A stretch of 64,000 nt of DNA from Patescibacteria group bacterium (GCA_034716415.1 JAYEJB010000043.1:705-64704); one strand, 5' to 3'. Positions 47,687-59,186 are shown, numbered from the stretch's first letter. Numbers and translations are program-made. Notes: generated by a model from the letters alone, not told the origin.

Positions 47687-47938
47687 ATGTACGTGTTGTT
47701 TCACTTGAATAATAATGCCATTTTCGGCCTAATGCCGCAATCTGAGTAGTCGAGAAGCTCAAAAGCCTAAAAGGACATTATTTAAATACCTCCCGCTAAG
47801 GAGGCTGATTCTGTTCGAATTACGCGCGAACCTAATCAACCCCCGTCACAGGAGGTCGAGGACGACATGACGGTCGTCTGATCCGATTTTCGCATTATCA
47901 TTTCCATGCTTGAACCGTATCGTACCATATCCGCGATG

Positions 47939-48388
47939 TCAAATATCCAAAGCCCGGCATATCGCCGATGTCGAATAACGTTTCCGCTCGAACGCGTCCA
48001 GCTGGATGATCTGCGGGCGTGTCACGAGCCGTCCGATCTGCGCCATTATCTTTGGATGGTCCACATTCTGATCATGTCCGAGGCATATCACGTCTGGCGC
48101 CAACTGCTCGACCATCGTCCATGCCCCGGCAGGATCGCCCGGCACTACCTCATCGACGCACTCGAGTGCCGACAGCATGGACATCCGCTCCTCCAATCGG
48201 TAATACGGTGCTCTCCCCTTCTCCGCCTGCACCCTCTCATCCCGAGTGGCAACGACGATGAGCCGGTCACCACGCTGTCGAGCCGCCTTCAGGAACATGA
48301 GATGTCCGGGATGCAGCAGATCGAAAACCCCGAAAACCACAACGACTTTCGGCCTCGTCTCTCCCGCGCCGCTCTCCAATCCCGACAT
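47939..48388 (-). CDS. cytidylyltransferase-like nucleotidyltransferase (RibL/TagD-like)
   Basis: 'GVFDLLHPGH', 'LGHDQ', 'YSTS'. Confidence 0.88.
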   Translation of the reverse strand: MSGLESGAGETRPKVVVVFGVFDLLHPGHLMFLKAARQRGDRLIVVATRDERVQAEKGRAPYYRLEERMSMLSALECVDEVVPGDPAGAWTMVEQLAPDVICLGHDQNVDHPKIMAQIGRLVTRPQIIQLDAFERKRYSTSAICRALDI

Positions 48389-48390
48389 AC

Positions 48391-49890
48391 CTATTCTTCT
48401 GATTCGCTGCCGTGCTCATCAACCGGCCTCATGGTCGGAAACAGGATGACCTCCTTCAGACTGTGCGAGCCGGTCAGTATCGCGGTCAGTCGGTCGATAC
48501 CCATGCCGAATCCCGCCGTCGGCGGAAGCCCCACTTCCAACGCTTCGATATAATCCTCATCCATGCGCTGCGCCTCCACGTTACCCCCCTCACGCAGTTT
48601 TTCCTGTTCCTCGAATCTCTGCCTCTGATCTATCGGATCGTTCAGCTCGGAAAACGCATTGCATAACTCATTACCCTTCGCGAGCACGAGCTGGAACCGT
48701 TCGACGTACCTGTCGTCGCCCCAGATCTTCTTCGCGAGCGGCGACAACTCGATCGGGTGGTCGATGATGAACGTCGGATTGACGATGTTGGGCCGGACGA
48801 ACTTCTTGTAGATGTTGTCCATAATGTCACCGCGACCGTCCGCGTCCTCGACGGAGACATCGTTCTCTTCGGCAGCTTTGGCAAGCGTCTCACGATCGGC
48901 GTAAGCCTCGATGTCCGGTCCGCCGTACTGGAGAATCGCGTCACGAAACGCGATCCTGGGATACGGCGGCGTAAAATCGATGGTCTCGCCTTCATATTCG
49001 ACCGTCATCGAGCCGTTCACCTTGTCGGCCAGAAGCGGCAGTAGTCTCTCAGTCAACTGCATCAGGTCATTGTAGTCCGTGTATGCCTGATAGAACTCCA
49101 CTTGCGTGAATTCCGGATTATGCATGTGGTCGATACCTTCGTTGCGGAAACAGCGCGCGATCTCGAACACCTTATCGAACCCTCCGACAACCAGACGCTT
49201 CAGATACAACTCCGGCGCGATGCGCAGATAGAGGTCGATATCGAGCGTGTTGTGGTGCGTAATGAACGGGCGCGCGGTTGCGCCGCCGGCCAAGGGCTGT
49301 AGAATCGGCGTCTCGACCTCCATGAAACCCTCACCATGAAAAAAGTCGCGAATCGTCTGCACGACCAGGCTGCGTTTCCGAAAATTCAGCCGCACCTCCT
49401 GATTGGCGATCAGGTCCAGGTAACGCTTCCGGTAACGCACTTCGGTGTCAGCCAAGCCGTGCCATTTGGCCGGCAAGGGCCGCAGTGCCTTGGTCAGTAG
49501 TTTGATCTCCGAAGCTTCGACGCTCCGTTCACCGCGCTTCGTCACGAACAGCGTGCCGGTCACCTGCAGGAAATCACCATGATCGATGTTCTTCTCGAAC
49601 ATTTCGTATTCGGAGGCCCCGAGCTTGTCGCTCTTCAGATGTGTCTGGATCTTACCCGTACCGTCCTCCACATCCGCGAAGCTCGCTCCGCCGTGGCCCC
49701 TGACGGCCGTGACTCTACCAGCCAACGTCACTGTCCCACCGGACTTCTCGAGTTTCTCGAAATCCGAAAGCACCTCCTCGACCGTATGCGACCGAGAAGT
49801 CTGGGACGGATAGGGATTCAGCCCCTCCGCGATTATGTTGCGTAATTTTTCGAGTCGGACCGCCGACTCTTCGAGTGGTGCGTCTGCCAT
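48391..49890 (-). CDS. lysS: lysine--tRNA ligase (class II)
   Basis: 'RYRKRYLDL', '[12 protein letters not shown]', 'FRNEG', 'GMGIDRL'. Confidence 0.97.
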   Translation of the reverse strand: MADAPLEESAVRLEKLRNIIAEGLNPYPSQTSRSHTVEEVLSDFEKLEKSGGTVTLAGRVTAVRGHGGASFADVEDGTGKIQTHLKSDKLGASEYEMFEKNIDHGDFLQVTGTLFVTKRGERSVEASEIKLLTKALRPLPAKWHGLADTEVRYRKRYLDLIANQEVRLNFRKRSLVVQTIRDFFHGEGFMEVETPILQPLAGGATARPFITHHNTLDIDLYLRIAPELYLKRLVVGGFDKVFEIARCFRNEGIDHMHNPEFTQVEFYQAYTDYNDLMQLTERLLPLLADKVNGSMTVEYEGETIDFTPPYPRIAFRDAILQYGGPDIEAYADRETLAKAAEENDVSVEDADGRGDIMDNIYKKFVRPNIVNPTFIIDHPIELSPLAKKIWGDDRYVERFQLVLAKGNELCNAFSELNDPIDQRQRFEEQEKLREGGNVEAQRMDEDYIEALEVGLPPTAGFGMGIDRLTAILTGSHSLKEVILFPTMRPVDEHGSESEE

Positions 49891-49891
49891 A

Positions 49892-50353
49892 TCAGCTGAC
49901 TTCAAGAATCGAATACATGATTTTTCCGGCCGGCACCTCAACTTCGACTTTATCACCGACCTTCTTTCCGATGAGCGCCTGGCCGAGCGGTGAGTCGTTC
50001 GAGATGAGGCCCTGGATCGGATCGGCTTCGGTCGCCCCGACCACGGTCATGACCTTCTCCTTATCCCCGTACTTGACCTTGACGCTCGAACCGATACCCA
50101 CGGTATCACCGTTCGTCTTTTCGACGATCTGCGCGTGGCCGATCTCACTCTCAAGCTGGATGACGCGACCCATCACCCAACCCATCTGGTCCTTGGCGTC
50201 GTGGTATTCCGCGTTCTCCTTGAGATCCCCAAGCTCCTTGGCTTCCTCTATCCTTTTCGCTACTTCCGGTTTCTTGACGGTCTTGAGGTGCACTAATTCC
50301 TCCTTGAGTTTCTTCAGGCCCTCTTTCGATACGTATACTGGTTTGTCCGACAT
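49892..50353 (-). CDS. greA: transcription elongation factor GreA
   Basis: 'GDLKENAEY', '[13 protein letters not shown]'. Confidence 0.97.
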   Translation of the reverse strand: MSDKPVYVSKEGLKKLKEELVHLKTVKKPEVAKRIEEAKELGDLKENAEYHDAKDQMGWVMGRVIQLESEIGHAQIVEKTNGDTVGIGSSVKVKYGDKEKVMTVVGATEADPIQGLISNDSPLGQALIGKKVGDKVEVEVPAGKIMYSILEVS

Positions 50354-50604
50354 AATAAAAAATCGGTCAGATAACTACTGATCACTATTGAGGATACGAC
50401 CCGTCCAGAAGGGTGTCAACCCCGCATGGAGCTAAAAGCTAGAGAGTGAAAAAGCGAAAATTGAATCTCGATAACGGAACAGCGTGATAGCGGGACGCTG
50501 GAAGCGGGGGGTTATAAATAATAACTTCCCGCCTCCTGCTTCGTGCCTCCCGCCCTTCACACTTTCTGACTTTCCGACCCCAACCTGCTTTCCCCACTTC
50601 TGTC

Positions 50605-52578
50605 TTATTCCCGTTCCCCAAAATACCAAGCCATGATATCGCGAGCGACCGGTGCGGCCGCGACCGAACCCTCGCCACCTTCTTCGATCACTACGGTCAC
50701 GACGATCTCCGGATTCTCATAGGGTGCGAATGACGTGAACCAGGCATGAGGTTCTTTGGCACTGCTCCACTGCGCCGTTCCGGTCTTTCCGGCGACGCTG
50801 ACCGGCAGGAGCGAAAGCGACCTGGAACTGCCGTAAAGGACGGAATGGCGCATACCCTTGGTGACAGCGGCGATATGTTCGGCCGGCACGACCTGAGTGT
50901 TGACAATCTCTACACCCCTGACTTCGCGGATGCCGTCCCGGGAGGTCACGGCCGATACGACCCTCGGCCGAACCAGCTCACCTCCATTCGCGAAAACCGA
51001 TGTCATCGATGATATCTGCAACGGCGTGACCAAGATGTCACCCTGACCGATGGCTAGGTGATACGTATCGCCGACATACCACCGCTCTCCCTTAACCTCT
51101 TCCTTCCACTCCTTGGACGGCAGGAAACCGCCACCCTCGCCCGGCAGGTCGATACCTGTCCTGTTACCGAGTCCGAACTCGCGCGCGTATTCCGTTATCC
51201 TCGCGACACCCAATCCTTCCCTATCCTCGAATCCGCCGCCTATTATATAGAAATACGTGTTGACCGATTCCGATATCGCCTTAGCGAGATCCGTCAGTCC
51301 GTGTCCGCCGAACTTCCAATCGGGAAAGAACCACCTGCTGACCGCGATTCCACCGGACGACATGAATGTCGTCGTCGGCGTTACGACACCTTCCGCGAGC
51401 GCCGCCGCGCCGACGACCAGCTTGAACGTCGAACCTGAAGGTAGGGATGCGCCTAGGGCGCGCGGAAAGAGAGGGTCGTTCTCGTTCTCGGTCAGAAGCG
51501 CGAAGTCTTCCGTGGAAATACCCCGGGCGAAAAGGTTGTTGTCGAACGCCGGCTCGCTGATCATGGCCAGTATCTCTCCGGTGTCGGGCTTCATGACTAT
51601 TACGCTGCCACGCGCCTTGCCATACCTGCGCAGCGCGGCGACCAGAATATCTTCTGCCTTCGATTGGATCTCGAGATCGACCGTCAGCTCCAGACTTTTG
51701 CCCGGTGTGCCATCTTCTTCCGCTATGATGTTCTTCTTCCGACCCAAAACATCTACTTCCACCCTCCGCCGACCATACAGCCCGCGTAGCTCGCTCTCGT
51801 AGCTGCGCTCGAGTCCTGTCCGGCCGATCCGGTCGGTGGGCAAATAGTCTATGTCAGCGCTCTCAAGATCCTCCACCGTCACGCTCCCGTCGAAACCGAT
51901 GACATGTGACAGCGACAAGGTACGCTCACCGAACGGATATTCCCGCCTTGTCTCTTTAACGAGCTGTACGCCGGGCCATGTGGCGGACATCACATCGATG
52001 AGCACTGCCTGCTCATGACCAATATCCTCCGCGACATGCACTCCAAGCGACGACCTGGAATCGAATCCGGACAGTTCGTCCTCGATGTCCCTCGGGTTGA
52101 TCTCCAATATCTCCGAAAGCCGGCCGAATATCTCTCTGCGCCCGGATTCGTCCGGTGGCAGGTCTGACTGCACGATGGCCGCGGAAAAGACGGGTACATT
52201 ACCCACGAGCTGGACCCCGTTCCTGTCATAGATGATCCCCCTCTCCGACGGTACCCACTCGATACGGCTCCTGTTCCCTTCAGCCAGCCCCGCGTAGTGA
52301 TCACCGCGTACGATCTGTACATGGACTGCGCGTGCGACAACCACCAATAGCGATAATACGATGACGACGAATGCCACCCGCACCAACCGCATATTGACGG
52401 TGGTCCCGATATATCTCCGTCTTCCGTCACCTTCCGTATCATTACCCGCTGAATCCTGGAACGTATCATCGACAAAACCAGGCGTACGGCCGCGGCTGAC
52501 ACCGCCCATATCGCCGCCCACTTCACCGAGAGGGAAACAGGCCGACGTGTCGGTTATGTTGTTCCGGTCATCGGACAT
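50605..52578 (-). CDS. mrdA: penicillin-binding protein 2
   Basis: 'RGIIYDRNG', SxxK 'GSTFK', SxN 'SVN', KTG 'GKTGTAQ'; within mre operon. Confidence 0.95.
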   Translation of the reverse strand: MSDDRNNITDTSACFPLGEVGGDMGGVSRGRTPGFVDDTFQDSAGNDTEGDGRRRYIGTTVNMRLVRVAFVVIVLSLLVVVARAVHVQIVRGDHYAGLAEGNRSRIEWVPSERGIIYDRNGVQLVGNVPVFSAAIVQSDLPPDESGRREIFGRLSEILEINPRDIEDELSGFDSRSSLGVHVAEDIGHEQAVLIDVMSATWPGVQLVKETRREYPFGERTLSLSHVIGFDGSVTVEDLESADIDYLPTDRIGRTGLERSYESELRGLYGRRRVEVDVLGRKKNIIAEEDGTPGKSLELTVDLEIQSKAEDILVAALRRYGKARGSVIVMKPDTGEILAMISEPAFDNNLFARGISTEDFALLTENENDPLFPRALGASLPSGSTFKLVVGAAALAEGVVTPTTTFMSSGGIAVSRWFFPDWKFGGHGLTDLAKAISESVNTYFYIIGGGFEDREGLGVARITEYAREFGLGNRTGIDLPGEGGGFLPSKEWKEEVKGERWYVGDTYHLAIGQGDILVTPLQISSMTSVFANGGELVRPRVVSAVTSRDGIREVRGVEIVNTQVVPAEHIAAVTKGMRHSVLYGSSRSLSLLPVSVAGKTGTAQWSSAKEPHAWFTSFAPYENPEIVVTVVIEEGGEGSVAAAPVARDIMAWYFGERE

Positions 52579-52581
52579 ACA

Positions 52582-53106
52582 TCAACGCAGTGCCATGGGA
52601 TCGGACAGTCGTTTCCTGAAGCGCCCCGACATTAACCGGATGACGGCGCAGATCAGCAGCTGAATCGGCAGCGCGATCATGACAGCGATGAAGGCACTCT
52701 TCAGTCCCGGCGGCACCATCGCCTGACCGGCCAATAGCCGACCTGACGCGTTGATCAGAAAGACGACGGTGTGGAATATCAGGAACGCGCCGGCGTTGGC
52801 TCCCAAATACGAAAAGAAAGACAGATGCGTGAGCACGGTCGAGAGCGACAGCACCACGACGGCCGAGACGACGATCATGGCCAGGATGTACGTTCCGAAT
52901 GCCACGGGTGAAAGAGTGTCCATGACCGCACCCGCCAGCACCGCGGCGACCACAGCCGGTGTCGCCCGCAACCCGACGGCCAACGAGACGATCAGCACCA
53001 AAGGCAGATTGATCAATGACACCGGATGACCGAACGCCGTAAAAAAAGACGCGTGCAGGACGGCCAGTACGAGCACCGAGGCGAACTGGAATACTTTGCT
53101 CTTCAT
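52582..53106 (-). CDS. mreD: rod shape-determining protein MreD-like
   Basis: Hydrophobic 174 aa protein between mreC and mrdA. Confidence 0.7.
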   Translation of the reverse strand: MKSKVFQFASVLVLAVLHASFFTAFGHPVSLINLPLVLIVSLAVGLRATPAVVAAVLAGAVMDTLSPVAFGTYILAMIVVSAVVVLSLSTVLTHLSFFSYLGANAGAFLIFHTVVFLINASGRLLAGQAMVPPGLKSAFIAVMIALPIQLLICAVIRLMSGRFRKRLSDPMALR

Positions 53107-53912
53107 AGGCCGTCCTCCGCGATCACTACCTGCACGAACACGGGATGCTCCGAGAACGCGAACGGCGTCACAGTGGCAGACTGGAACGGGTCCTGCGTAT
53201 CAATATTAATCTTGTCTATGATCCCGACAGCAAGCCCGCGCCGCACGCCCGGTTCGATCCCTGACGTGATGACCGCGTCACCGACCGCAAGATTCTCGTG
53301 TTGCGGAATGAGGAAGATGGACATGCTGAGTCCACGATCTCCTTCGAGCACCCCCAAAGTACCGGTGCCGTTCTGGATGGACACCGCGAGTCTGCTCTGT
53401 GAATCCGTCAGCAACGATACGGTGGCCCTCTCCCGTCCTACCGAACTGATCTTACCTATCATGATTCCGTCACCGGCGATCACGGGATGCCCCTTCGCTA
53501 TACCGTCGTCCCGACCGCGATCTATCACCAGCCCCCTGAAAGTCTCGTCAGAAGATTCGGACACGACCCTCGAGAGGACCGCGCGGTCATCGCCCCGCTC
53601 CCGGAACGACAAGGCCGCCTTAAGTTCTTCGTTCTCCAGCACCACCGAACGGAGTTTGGCGTTCTCCGCCATGATACGATCGAGTTCGGTGACGACATCA
53701 GCCGCGCAGGCGCAGTTGTCCGCCGCCTCGCCGGTCAGCGCATCATCAAGAGCTACGCCGGCACCATACGCCGGAGCCGCTACCTTCATCAGCGCGGAGC
53801 TCACGACACCCGAGACAACCGGGACCACCCCCACCAGGTGCAACACGACCAAAACGGCGGCCACAACAGCCACTGCAACCATCTTGTCGCTTCGATTACG
53901 GAATCGAGACAT
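53103..53912 (-). CDS. mreC: rod shape-determining protein MreC
   Basis: 'ENEELKAAL', 'IDRGRDDGI', 'GDAVITSG'. Confidence 0.93.
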   Translation of the reverse strand: MSRFRNRSDKMVAVAVVAAVLVVLHLVGVVPVVSGVVSSALMKVAAPAYGAGVALDDALTGEAADNCACAADVVTELDRIMAENAKLRSVVLENEELKAALSFRERGDDRAVLSRVVSESSDETFRGLVIDRGRDDGIAKGHPVIAGDGIMIGKISSVGRERATVSLLTDSQSRLAVSIQNGTGTLGVLEGDRGLSMSIFLIPQHENLAVGDAVITSGIEPGVRRGLAVGIIDKINIDTQDPFQSATVTPFAFSEHPVFVQVVIAEDGL

Positions 53913-54014
53913 GTTTTTGGGAGACTAGGAATCTGAATCCTAAGAGCTAAACGGCTTAAAAGCCTAAAAGCTTTTTTAGAATGAACCCATAACGAGTTTC
54001 ATGCCCTTCGATGC

Positions 54015-54081
54015 GTAGCTGTAGGCTTTATGCCCGCCCGTCTCTCGCCAAGTTCTGGGCAGGGACAAGCCCTGCAACTAC
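54015..54081. repeat. GTAG-type REP inverted pair
   Basis: gtagctgtaggctttatgcccgccc ... gggcagggacaagccctgcaactac, flanked by octamer arrays at ~53940-53972 and ~54121-54165. Confidence 0.75.
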
Positions 54082-54172
54082 GGCAAACCGACGAAAAACG
54101 CGCCATGATTTCAATTTAATAACTTTTCAGCTTTTTAGCTGTTAAGCTTTTGGACTTTTAAGCTCTTTATCT

Positions 54173-55240
54173 TCAATACGCGGCAATCATGTCCTTTTGT
54201 GTCTCCTGTGAAGACGGCAAGGCGACGGTCTGCAGAAGATCGGGATTGTCGAGCAGGATGCCCGTGCCGCGCACCACGCAGGTCAGCGGATCGTCCGTAA
54301 TACGGACCGGGATAGCCGCAGCTCTGGAAATGACGGTATCCATTCCTTTCAATAAGGCGCCCCCACCCGAAAGAACGATGCCCCGTTCATAGATGTCGGC
54401 GACCAATTCGGGCGGCGTCATCTCAAGCGCGGCTTTGATGCTTTCCGAGATAGACTTCACTGACCGCGACAGGGACTGACGGATCTGCGCGTCGCTGACC
54501 ATTATCTCCTTCGGCAATCCGGTGATCATGTCTCGTCCGCGCATTTCAATCTCCAACGGCTCATCGAGCTCCATCGCCGAGCCGGTCCTCATCTTGATGT
54601 TTTCGGCCACACGCTCTCCGAGCAGGAGGTTGAAATTTTCGCGGGCGAAATTGACGATGCTCTTGTTCATCTCGTCGCCGGCTATACGCAACGACCTCCA
54701 GGTCACGACCCCACCGAGCGAGATGACGGCGATCTCCGTGGTCCCGCCGCCGATATCCACCACCATGTTGCCGAGCGGTTCGGTGATCGGCAACCTCGCT
54801 CCGATAGCGGCCGCCATCGGCTCCTCTACCAGGAAGACCTCACGCGCACCGGCGTTCAAGGCGGCGTCCTCGACCGCCTTCCTTTCCACCTCAGTCAGAT
54901 CAAGCGGCACACCGACCACGACCCTCGGTCGCGGCATCAGCGAGAAGCCGTCCTTAAGGATCCGCTCGATGAAATACTTGAGCATCTTTTCCGTGACCTC
55001 GAAGTCCGAGATGATCCCCGAAACGAGTGGTCGCACCGTCACGATATGCGACGGCGTCTTGCCGACCATGTCCTTGGCGGACTGACCGACAGCGACGATC
55101 TGACCTGTCCGCGTATTCAAAGCCACCACCGATGGTTCGTTGATGGCGATTCCCTTGTCCTTACAATAAATCAGAGTATTGGCTGTACCGAGATCGATAC
55201 CGAGATCTTTGGAGAATTTTCCGAATATGCTACTGAACAT
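54173..55240 (-). CDS. mreB: rod shape-determining protein MreB
   Basis: 'GIDLGTANT', 'EEPMAAAIGA', 'DIGGGTTE', 'GGGALL'. Confidence 0.97.
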   Translation of the reverse strand: MFSSIFGKFSKDLGIDLGTANTLIYCKDKGIAINEPSVVALNTRTGQIVAVGQSAKDMVGKTPSHIVTVRPLVSGIISDFEVTEKMLKYFIERILKDGFSLMPRPRVVVGVPLDLTEVERKAVEDAALNAGAREVFLVEEPMAAAIGARLPITEPLGNMVVDIGGGTTEIAVISLGGVVTWRSLRIAGDEMNKSIVNFARENFNLLLGERVAENIKMRTGSAMELDEPLEIEMRGRDMITGLPKEIMVSDAQIRQSLSRSVKSISESIKAALEMTPPELVADIYERGIVLSGGGALLKGMDTVISRAAAIPVRITDDPLTCVVRGTGILLDNPDLLQTVALPSSQETQKDMIAAY

Positions 55241-55364
55241 CTTTTTTGTTCATCAATAAAACTGACCCTTGAATCGCGGTCAGTATAGAAAGATAATGCT
55301 TAAATGTAAAGGTGTTCAAGGTGTAGTTTGAGAGTCGAGGAGTCGGAGTGTGTCCCTTAGACCC

Positions 55365-55760
55365 TCAGGCGCTCCGACCCTCAGACTTTCTTGCCGAAAT
55401 GAAAAACGACTCCAGGACGGTCGCCAGCGCCACGGCCAGGAAGGCGTTCCACCAGGTCAGCATCGATTTGCTTTGGAGTAACAACGCGATCGTCACCAGA
55501 AGCGACAGTATAGTAGCCTGCCTGAACGATACCGCCACTTGCCGCGACAGATGAAATCCCTTGCCGAGAAGCGCGATGCGCGAAACGAATCCGAACACCG
55601 AAAACGTGCCAGTCAACGCCAGGAAGACACTGAAGAAGAACACCACGAACACGAGCGGCTGGGTGCCGGTCGGATCGACCATCGTCATGATCAGAATCAC
55701 CGCGCTCCAGGCAAGCGCGGTCCCCATCAGCATCAACGCGAGGTAGTGTCTAATCGTCAT
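55365..55760 (-). CDS. four-TM hypothetical membrane protein
   Basis: Hydrophobic; 'VDP' and 'SFRQ' motifs. Confidence 0.75.
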   Translation of the reverse strand: MTIRHYLALMLMGTALAWSAVILIMTMVDPTGTQPLVFVVFFFSVFLALTGTFSVFGFVSRIALLGKGFHLSRQVAVSFRQATILSLLVTIALLLQSKSMLTWWNAFLAVALATVLESFFISARKSEGRSA

Positions 55761-55791
55761 ATGTGCGCATTATAGCAAAGGTCAGCAAGCC

Positions 55792-56085
55792 CTACATGAC
55801 CGCCCGCAGACCTTCTATCTCATCACCACCGAGCTTGGCGTTCGCGTCCCGGATGATCTCCGCCTCGTGCATCCTGATATCTTCCGTCATCACGGACTCA
55901 CCGCAGCGTATCGTCACGATTCTGTTGCGGATTTTAACCGGCTTCATCGCCGAGGCGATCCGCTCACCGAATCGCTCGGTCAGCACCTTGCTGACAGTGT
56001 CCAAAATCATGGCAGCCTTTACGCCACCCGCGACACCGGCCCGCTTGATCGATTGCGGCATCAGTTTATCGAGGCGTTGCAGCAT
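55792..56085 (-). CDS. DciA/DUF721 family protein
   Basis: About 97 aa; 'VKIRNRIVTIRC.ESVMTEDIRM.E.EII...N..LG' fits the DUF721 pattern. Confidence 0.7.
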   Translation of the reverse strand: MLQRLDKLMPQSIKRAGVAGGVKAAMILDTVSKVLTERFGERIASAMKPVKIRNRIVTIRCGESVMTEDIRMHEAEIIRDANAKLGGDEIEGLRAVM

Positions 56086-56086
56086 C

Positions 56087-59050
56087 CTATTTAGCCTTAA
56101 ATTCGCAGACTCCACGGAAGTCGCAGTACTTGCATTGCATGCCGGGACTGGGTGTGAAGTCGCCGGCGATTATCTTCGCGACAATCTCCTCAACCTCACC
56201 CTCGAGCGCGGATAGGTCCTTATCCGCGCCGATGAACGTCTGCCTGCTGTCGTCCTTCAGGAAATGGAAAGTCAGTCTCGTCGGCTTCAGACCGAGCACG
56301 CGACCGGCGGCCAATTGATACAGAAGAAGTTGTCGCTTGTCATCCTTAGACAGCTTCTCCTTCGGCTTACCCGTCTTATAGTCGATTATCTCATGCGAGC
56401 CGTCCGGAAGCGAATCGATCCGGTCGATCTTGCCGCGGAAGGTCTGTCCGCCGATCTTGATCTTGAAAGCCTGCTCAAGAAGGTGCGGCTTCGGTCTATC
56501 CGCAGTCACGCTCTCATAAAAACTGACTAGCATCTTTTTACCGAGATCGCGGTACTCTTCCTTTTCCTTCGGCCCGGGATACCAATCGTCGATCCAACAT
56601 TCCTCGTACATCTCCAATAACTCCACCTGACTTACGGGAACACCCCCCGACCCATCATCACCAAACAGATTCTCCTGTTCCGAACCATCACGCACCACAA
56701 GCTCTGTCATGAACTTCTCCAGTGTGGCGTGCATCGTCTTACCGAAGCTCATCGATGCCTTACCGAAGATCGGCAGGCGCAGGACGTGCGCGAACCTATA
56801 CTGATACGGGCATTTGGTATAGGCCTCAAGCTGAGAAAAACTGAACGACGAAGGAGGCCGATACTCCGGTGGGCCGCTGTCGATCTCCGGTTTCGGCTTC
56901 ATATCCTCCAACAGCTGAACGGAAGGGGCGATAGGCGTCTTGTCGAAACCGAGCTCGACCAGGAAGCGCGACGGTTTCTTCTTGCGTTTGCCGCCATAGT
57001 CCTCGGCTGACGACAGAAACAGCCCGTCCTTGGCCCGAGTCATGGCCACATAGAATAGGCGACGCTCTTCTTCGAGATGCATATCGCCCTCGGGAATGAT
57101 CTCCTTGGTCAGCTCGTCCGGCAGTTCGATCTCACCGCCGCGCCTATTGGTCGGAAATCGCTGGTCGACCATGTTGACGATGAAGATATACGGGAACTCG
57201 AGCCCTTTCGACGAATGCACCGTCATGACGCGCACCATGTCCGGCCCGGTATTCACGTCAAAAGCGAGCGTTCCCATATCGCCGGATTCGCGTTCCAGCT
57301 CGAGCTCCTGCATGAAACTCCGCAGGGTGGCATCTTCGTGACGCTCTTCATGGCGTTTGATGCGCTCCAGGAACTGCCGGATCAGATTAACGTTCTCCTC
57401 CTTCTCCAGCGTGTCGTACGATTTGAGCTGCTCGATGTAGCCGCTTTCATACAGGAATCTCTTTGCGATGTTCAGCACACCCTCCTTCCTGACGGACTGC
57501 GAATGTTCGGCCAGATTCCGCATGAGCCGATCCAGGACACCCAAACCTTCGGCGGACAGATCCTTCAGTTCATGTCGCCGTTTGATGGCATCGTAAAGCG
57601 ATTCACCTTTCCTGTTGTCCGCGATGTGGGTGAGCTCGATCAGGTCCGCGCCCGGCAGACTGTAGACCGGCGAGCTCAAAATTCGATAGAGCGCGGAACT
57701 CTCGTGATAGTTATCCAGGAGTTTCAGATAGTTGATACAGTCGAGCACGACCGGCTTGCCATACAGTCCTTTCAGCGCCAAGTACTGAAACGGAATACCA
57801 CGACGTTGCAATTCGGCCACGAACGGTTCGGCATGACTGTGCGACCTTACCAGAATGGCGAAATCGCTCCAGGCGATCTCGCCCGCGCCTTCTTTGATCT
57901 TGCTGATGGTGCCTATCACTTGTTGGACCTCATCTTTGAGCGTCGCGTAGTGGAGATGCGCGACTTCGGCCCTACCGTCGCGGTCCGCGGTCAGCCGCTT
58001 GCTCATCCCCTTCCCGTCCTCACCACCGAGCTTCACCTCGAGCCGATTCGGGTTGTTGAGCTGGATGAAATTGTAGGCCGTATCCAGAACCTTCTGCAGT
58101 GAGCGGTAGTTGGTGGTGATGACGCATTCCGCTGAATCCGGATAGTCTTCCTTGAATTGCAGGATATTCGAGATCGACGCGCCGCGGAACTTGTAGATCG
58201 ACTGATCGTCGTCACCGACCACGGTGATGTTCCGTTCGTCGCCAGCGAGAGCTTTCACCAACTCATACTGCGCCCAGTTGGTGTCCTGGAATTCGTCGAC
58301 CAGGATGTACTTGAACCGCTGACGCAATTCGTTGAGCACGGCCGGTCGCTTCTTGAACAGGTCCAACACGTACATATTCAAATCGCCGAAATCCATCTCA
58401 CCGCGTTCCAGGAGCAACTGCTGGTAAGTATGATATGCGTCAGCGAGTTCCTGTAGGCGCGAATCATCCTCCGCGCCATCGCTACCGCTGCGATCCTTGT
58501 CGAGCGCCCGGTTCTTGGCGAACTCGACGTATTCCTCTGGCGTCACCACCTCGTCCTTGGCGCGGGAAAAATGTTTCAGGAGCGCCTGAACGAACCGGGT
58601 CGGATTGCCGACCGGTCGGTAGTAATCGAGGTCGAAACGGTCGAAGCTGTTGCGTATCAGCAGGTACTGATCGACTTCATTCAACAGACGCGCGTCGTCG
58701 GTCAACCCGATATGCAGACCGTAATCCTGTAGGATGCGCTGGCAGAACGAATGGAACGTCGATATCCAAAGGTCTACGTAACCCATCGGCATCAGCTTGT
58801 CGACACGTTCTTCCATCTCTTCCGCGGCCTTGTCGGTGAACGTCAGCGCCAGTATCTCCTCAGGTTTGGCTTTTCCGGTAGCCACAAGCCAGGCGATGCG
58901 CCGCGTGATGACCATCGTCTTGCCGGTCCCGGCTCCGGCGACTATAAGCTGTGGCCCGTCATCGTGCGTCACGGCGGCCTCCTGCTCGGGATTCAATCCT
59001 TTCACCGCCGAATCCGGGGTCAGCTCGATAATTTGTTCGTCTTCAGACAT
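56087..59050 (-). CDS. UvrD/PcrA-like SF1 helicase fused to PD-(D/E)XK nuclease with four-Cys (Fe-S) signature
   Basis: 'AGAGTGKT', 'VDEFQD', 'GDDDQSIY.FRGA', 'KGLEF', 'EERRLFYVAMTRA'; nuclease 'GKIDRID...IIDYKTG', 'QL..Y'; CP...CxxC...C. Confidence 0.93.
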   Translation of the reverse strand: MSEDEQIIELTPDSAVKGLNPEQEAAVTHDDGPQLIVAGAGTGKTMVITRRIAWLVATGKAKPEEILALTFTDKAAEEMEERVDKLMPMGYVDLWISTFHSFCQRILQDYGLHIGLTDDARLLNEVDQYLLIRNSFDRFDLDYYRPVGNPTRFVQALLKHFSRAKDEVVTPEEYVEFAKNRALDKDRSGSDGAEDDSRLQELADAYHTYQQLLLERGEMDFGDLNMYVLDLFKKRPAVLNELRQRFKYILVDEFQDTNWAQYELVKALAGDERNITVVGDDDQSIYKFRGASISNILQFKEDYPDSAECVITTNYRSLQKVLDTAYNFIQLNNPNRLEVKLGGEDGKGMSKRLTADRDGRAEVAHLHYATLKDEVQQVIGTISKIKEGAGEIAWSDFAILVRSHSHAEPFVAELQRRGIPFQYLALKGLYGKPVVLDCINYLKLLDNYHESSALYRILSSPVYSLPGADLIELTHIADNRKGESLYDAIKRRHELKDLSAEGLGVLDRLMRNLAEHSQSVRKEGVLNIAKRFLYESGYIEQLKSYDTLEKEENVNLIRQFLERIKRHEERHEDATLRSFMQELELERESGDMGTLAFDVNTGPDMVRVMTVHSSKGLEFPYIFIVNMVDQRFPTNRRGGEIELPDELTKEIIPEGDMHLEEERRLFYVAMTRAKDGLFLSSAEDYGGKRKKKPSRFLVELGFDKTPIAPSVQLLEDMKPKPEIDSGPPEYRPPSSFSFSQLEAYTKCPYQYRFAHVLRLPIFGKASMSFGKTMHATLEKFMTELVVRDGSEQENLFGDDGSGGVPVSQVELLEMYEECWIDDWYPGPKEKEEYRDLGKKMLVSFYESVTADRPKPHLLEQAFKIKIGGQTFRGKIDRIDSLPDGSHEIIDYKTGKPKEKLSKDDKRQLLLYQLAAGRVLGLKPTRLTFHFLKDDSRQTFIGADKDLSALEGEVEEIVAKIIAGDFTPSPGMQCKYCDFRGVCEFKAK

Positions 59051-59186
59051 GTAAGCGATTCAATTACTCGCGGGCTTATCTTATCCTTATTAGGCGATAA
59101 TATGAAGCCTGCCGACACTTACAGGCCTTGACCTGGCAACGATATTAAGCTAACATCCGTTATTGCTCTATAGAAAGGAAAGGCGC

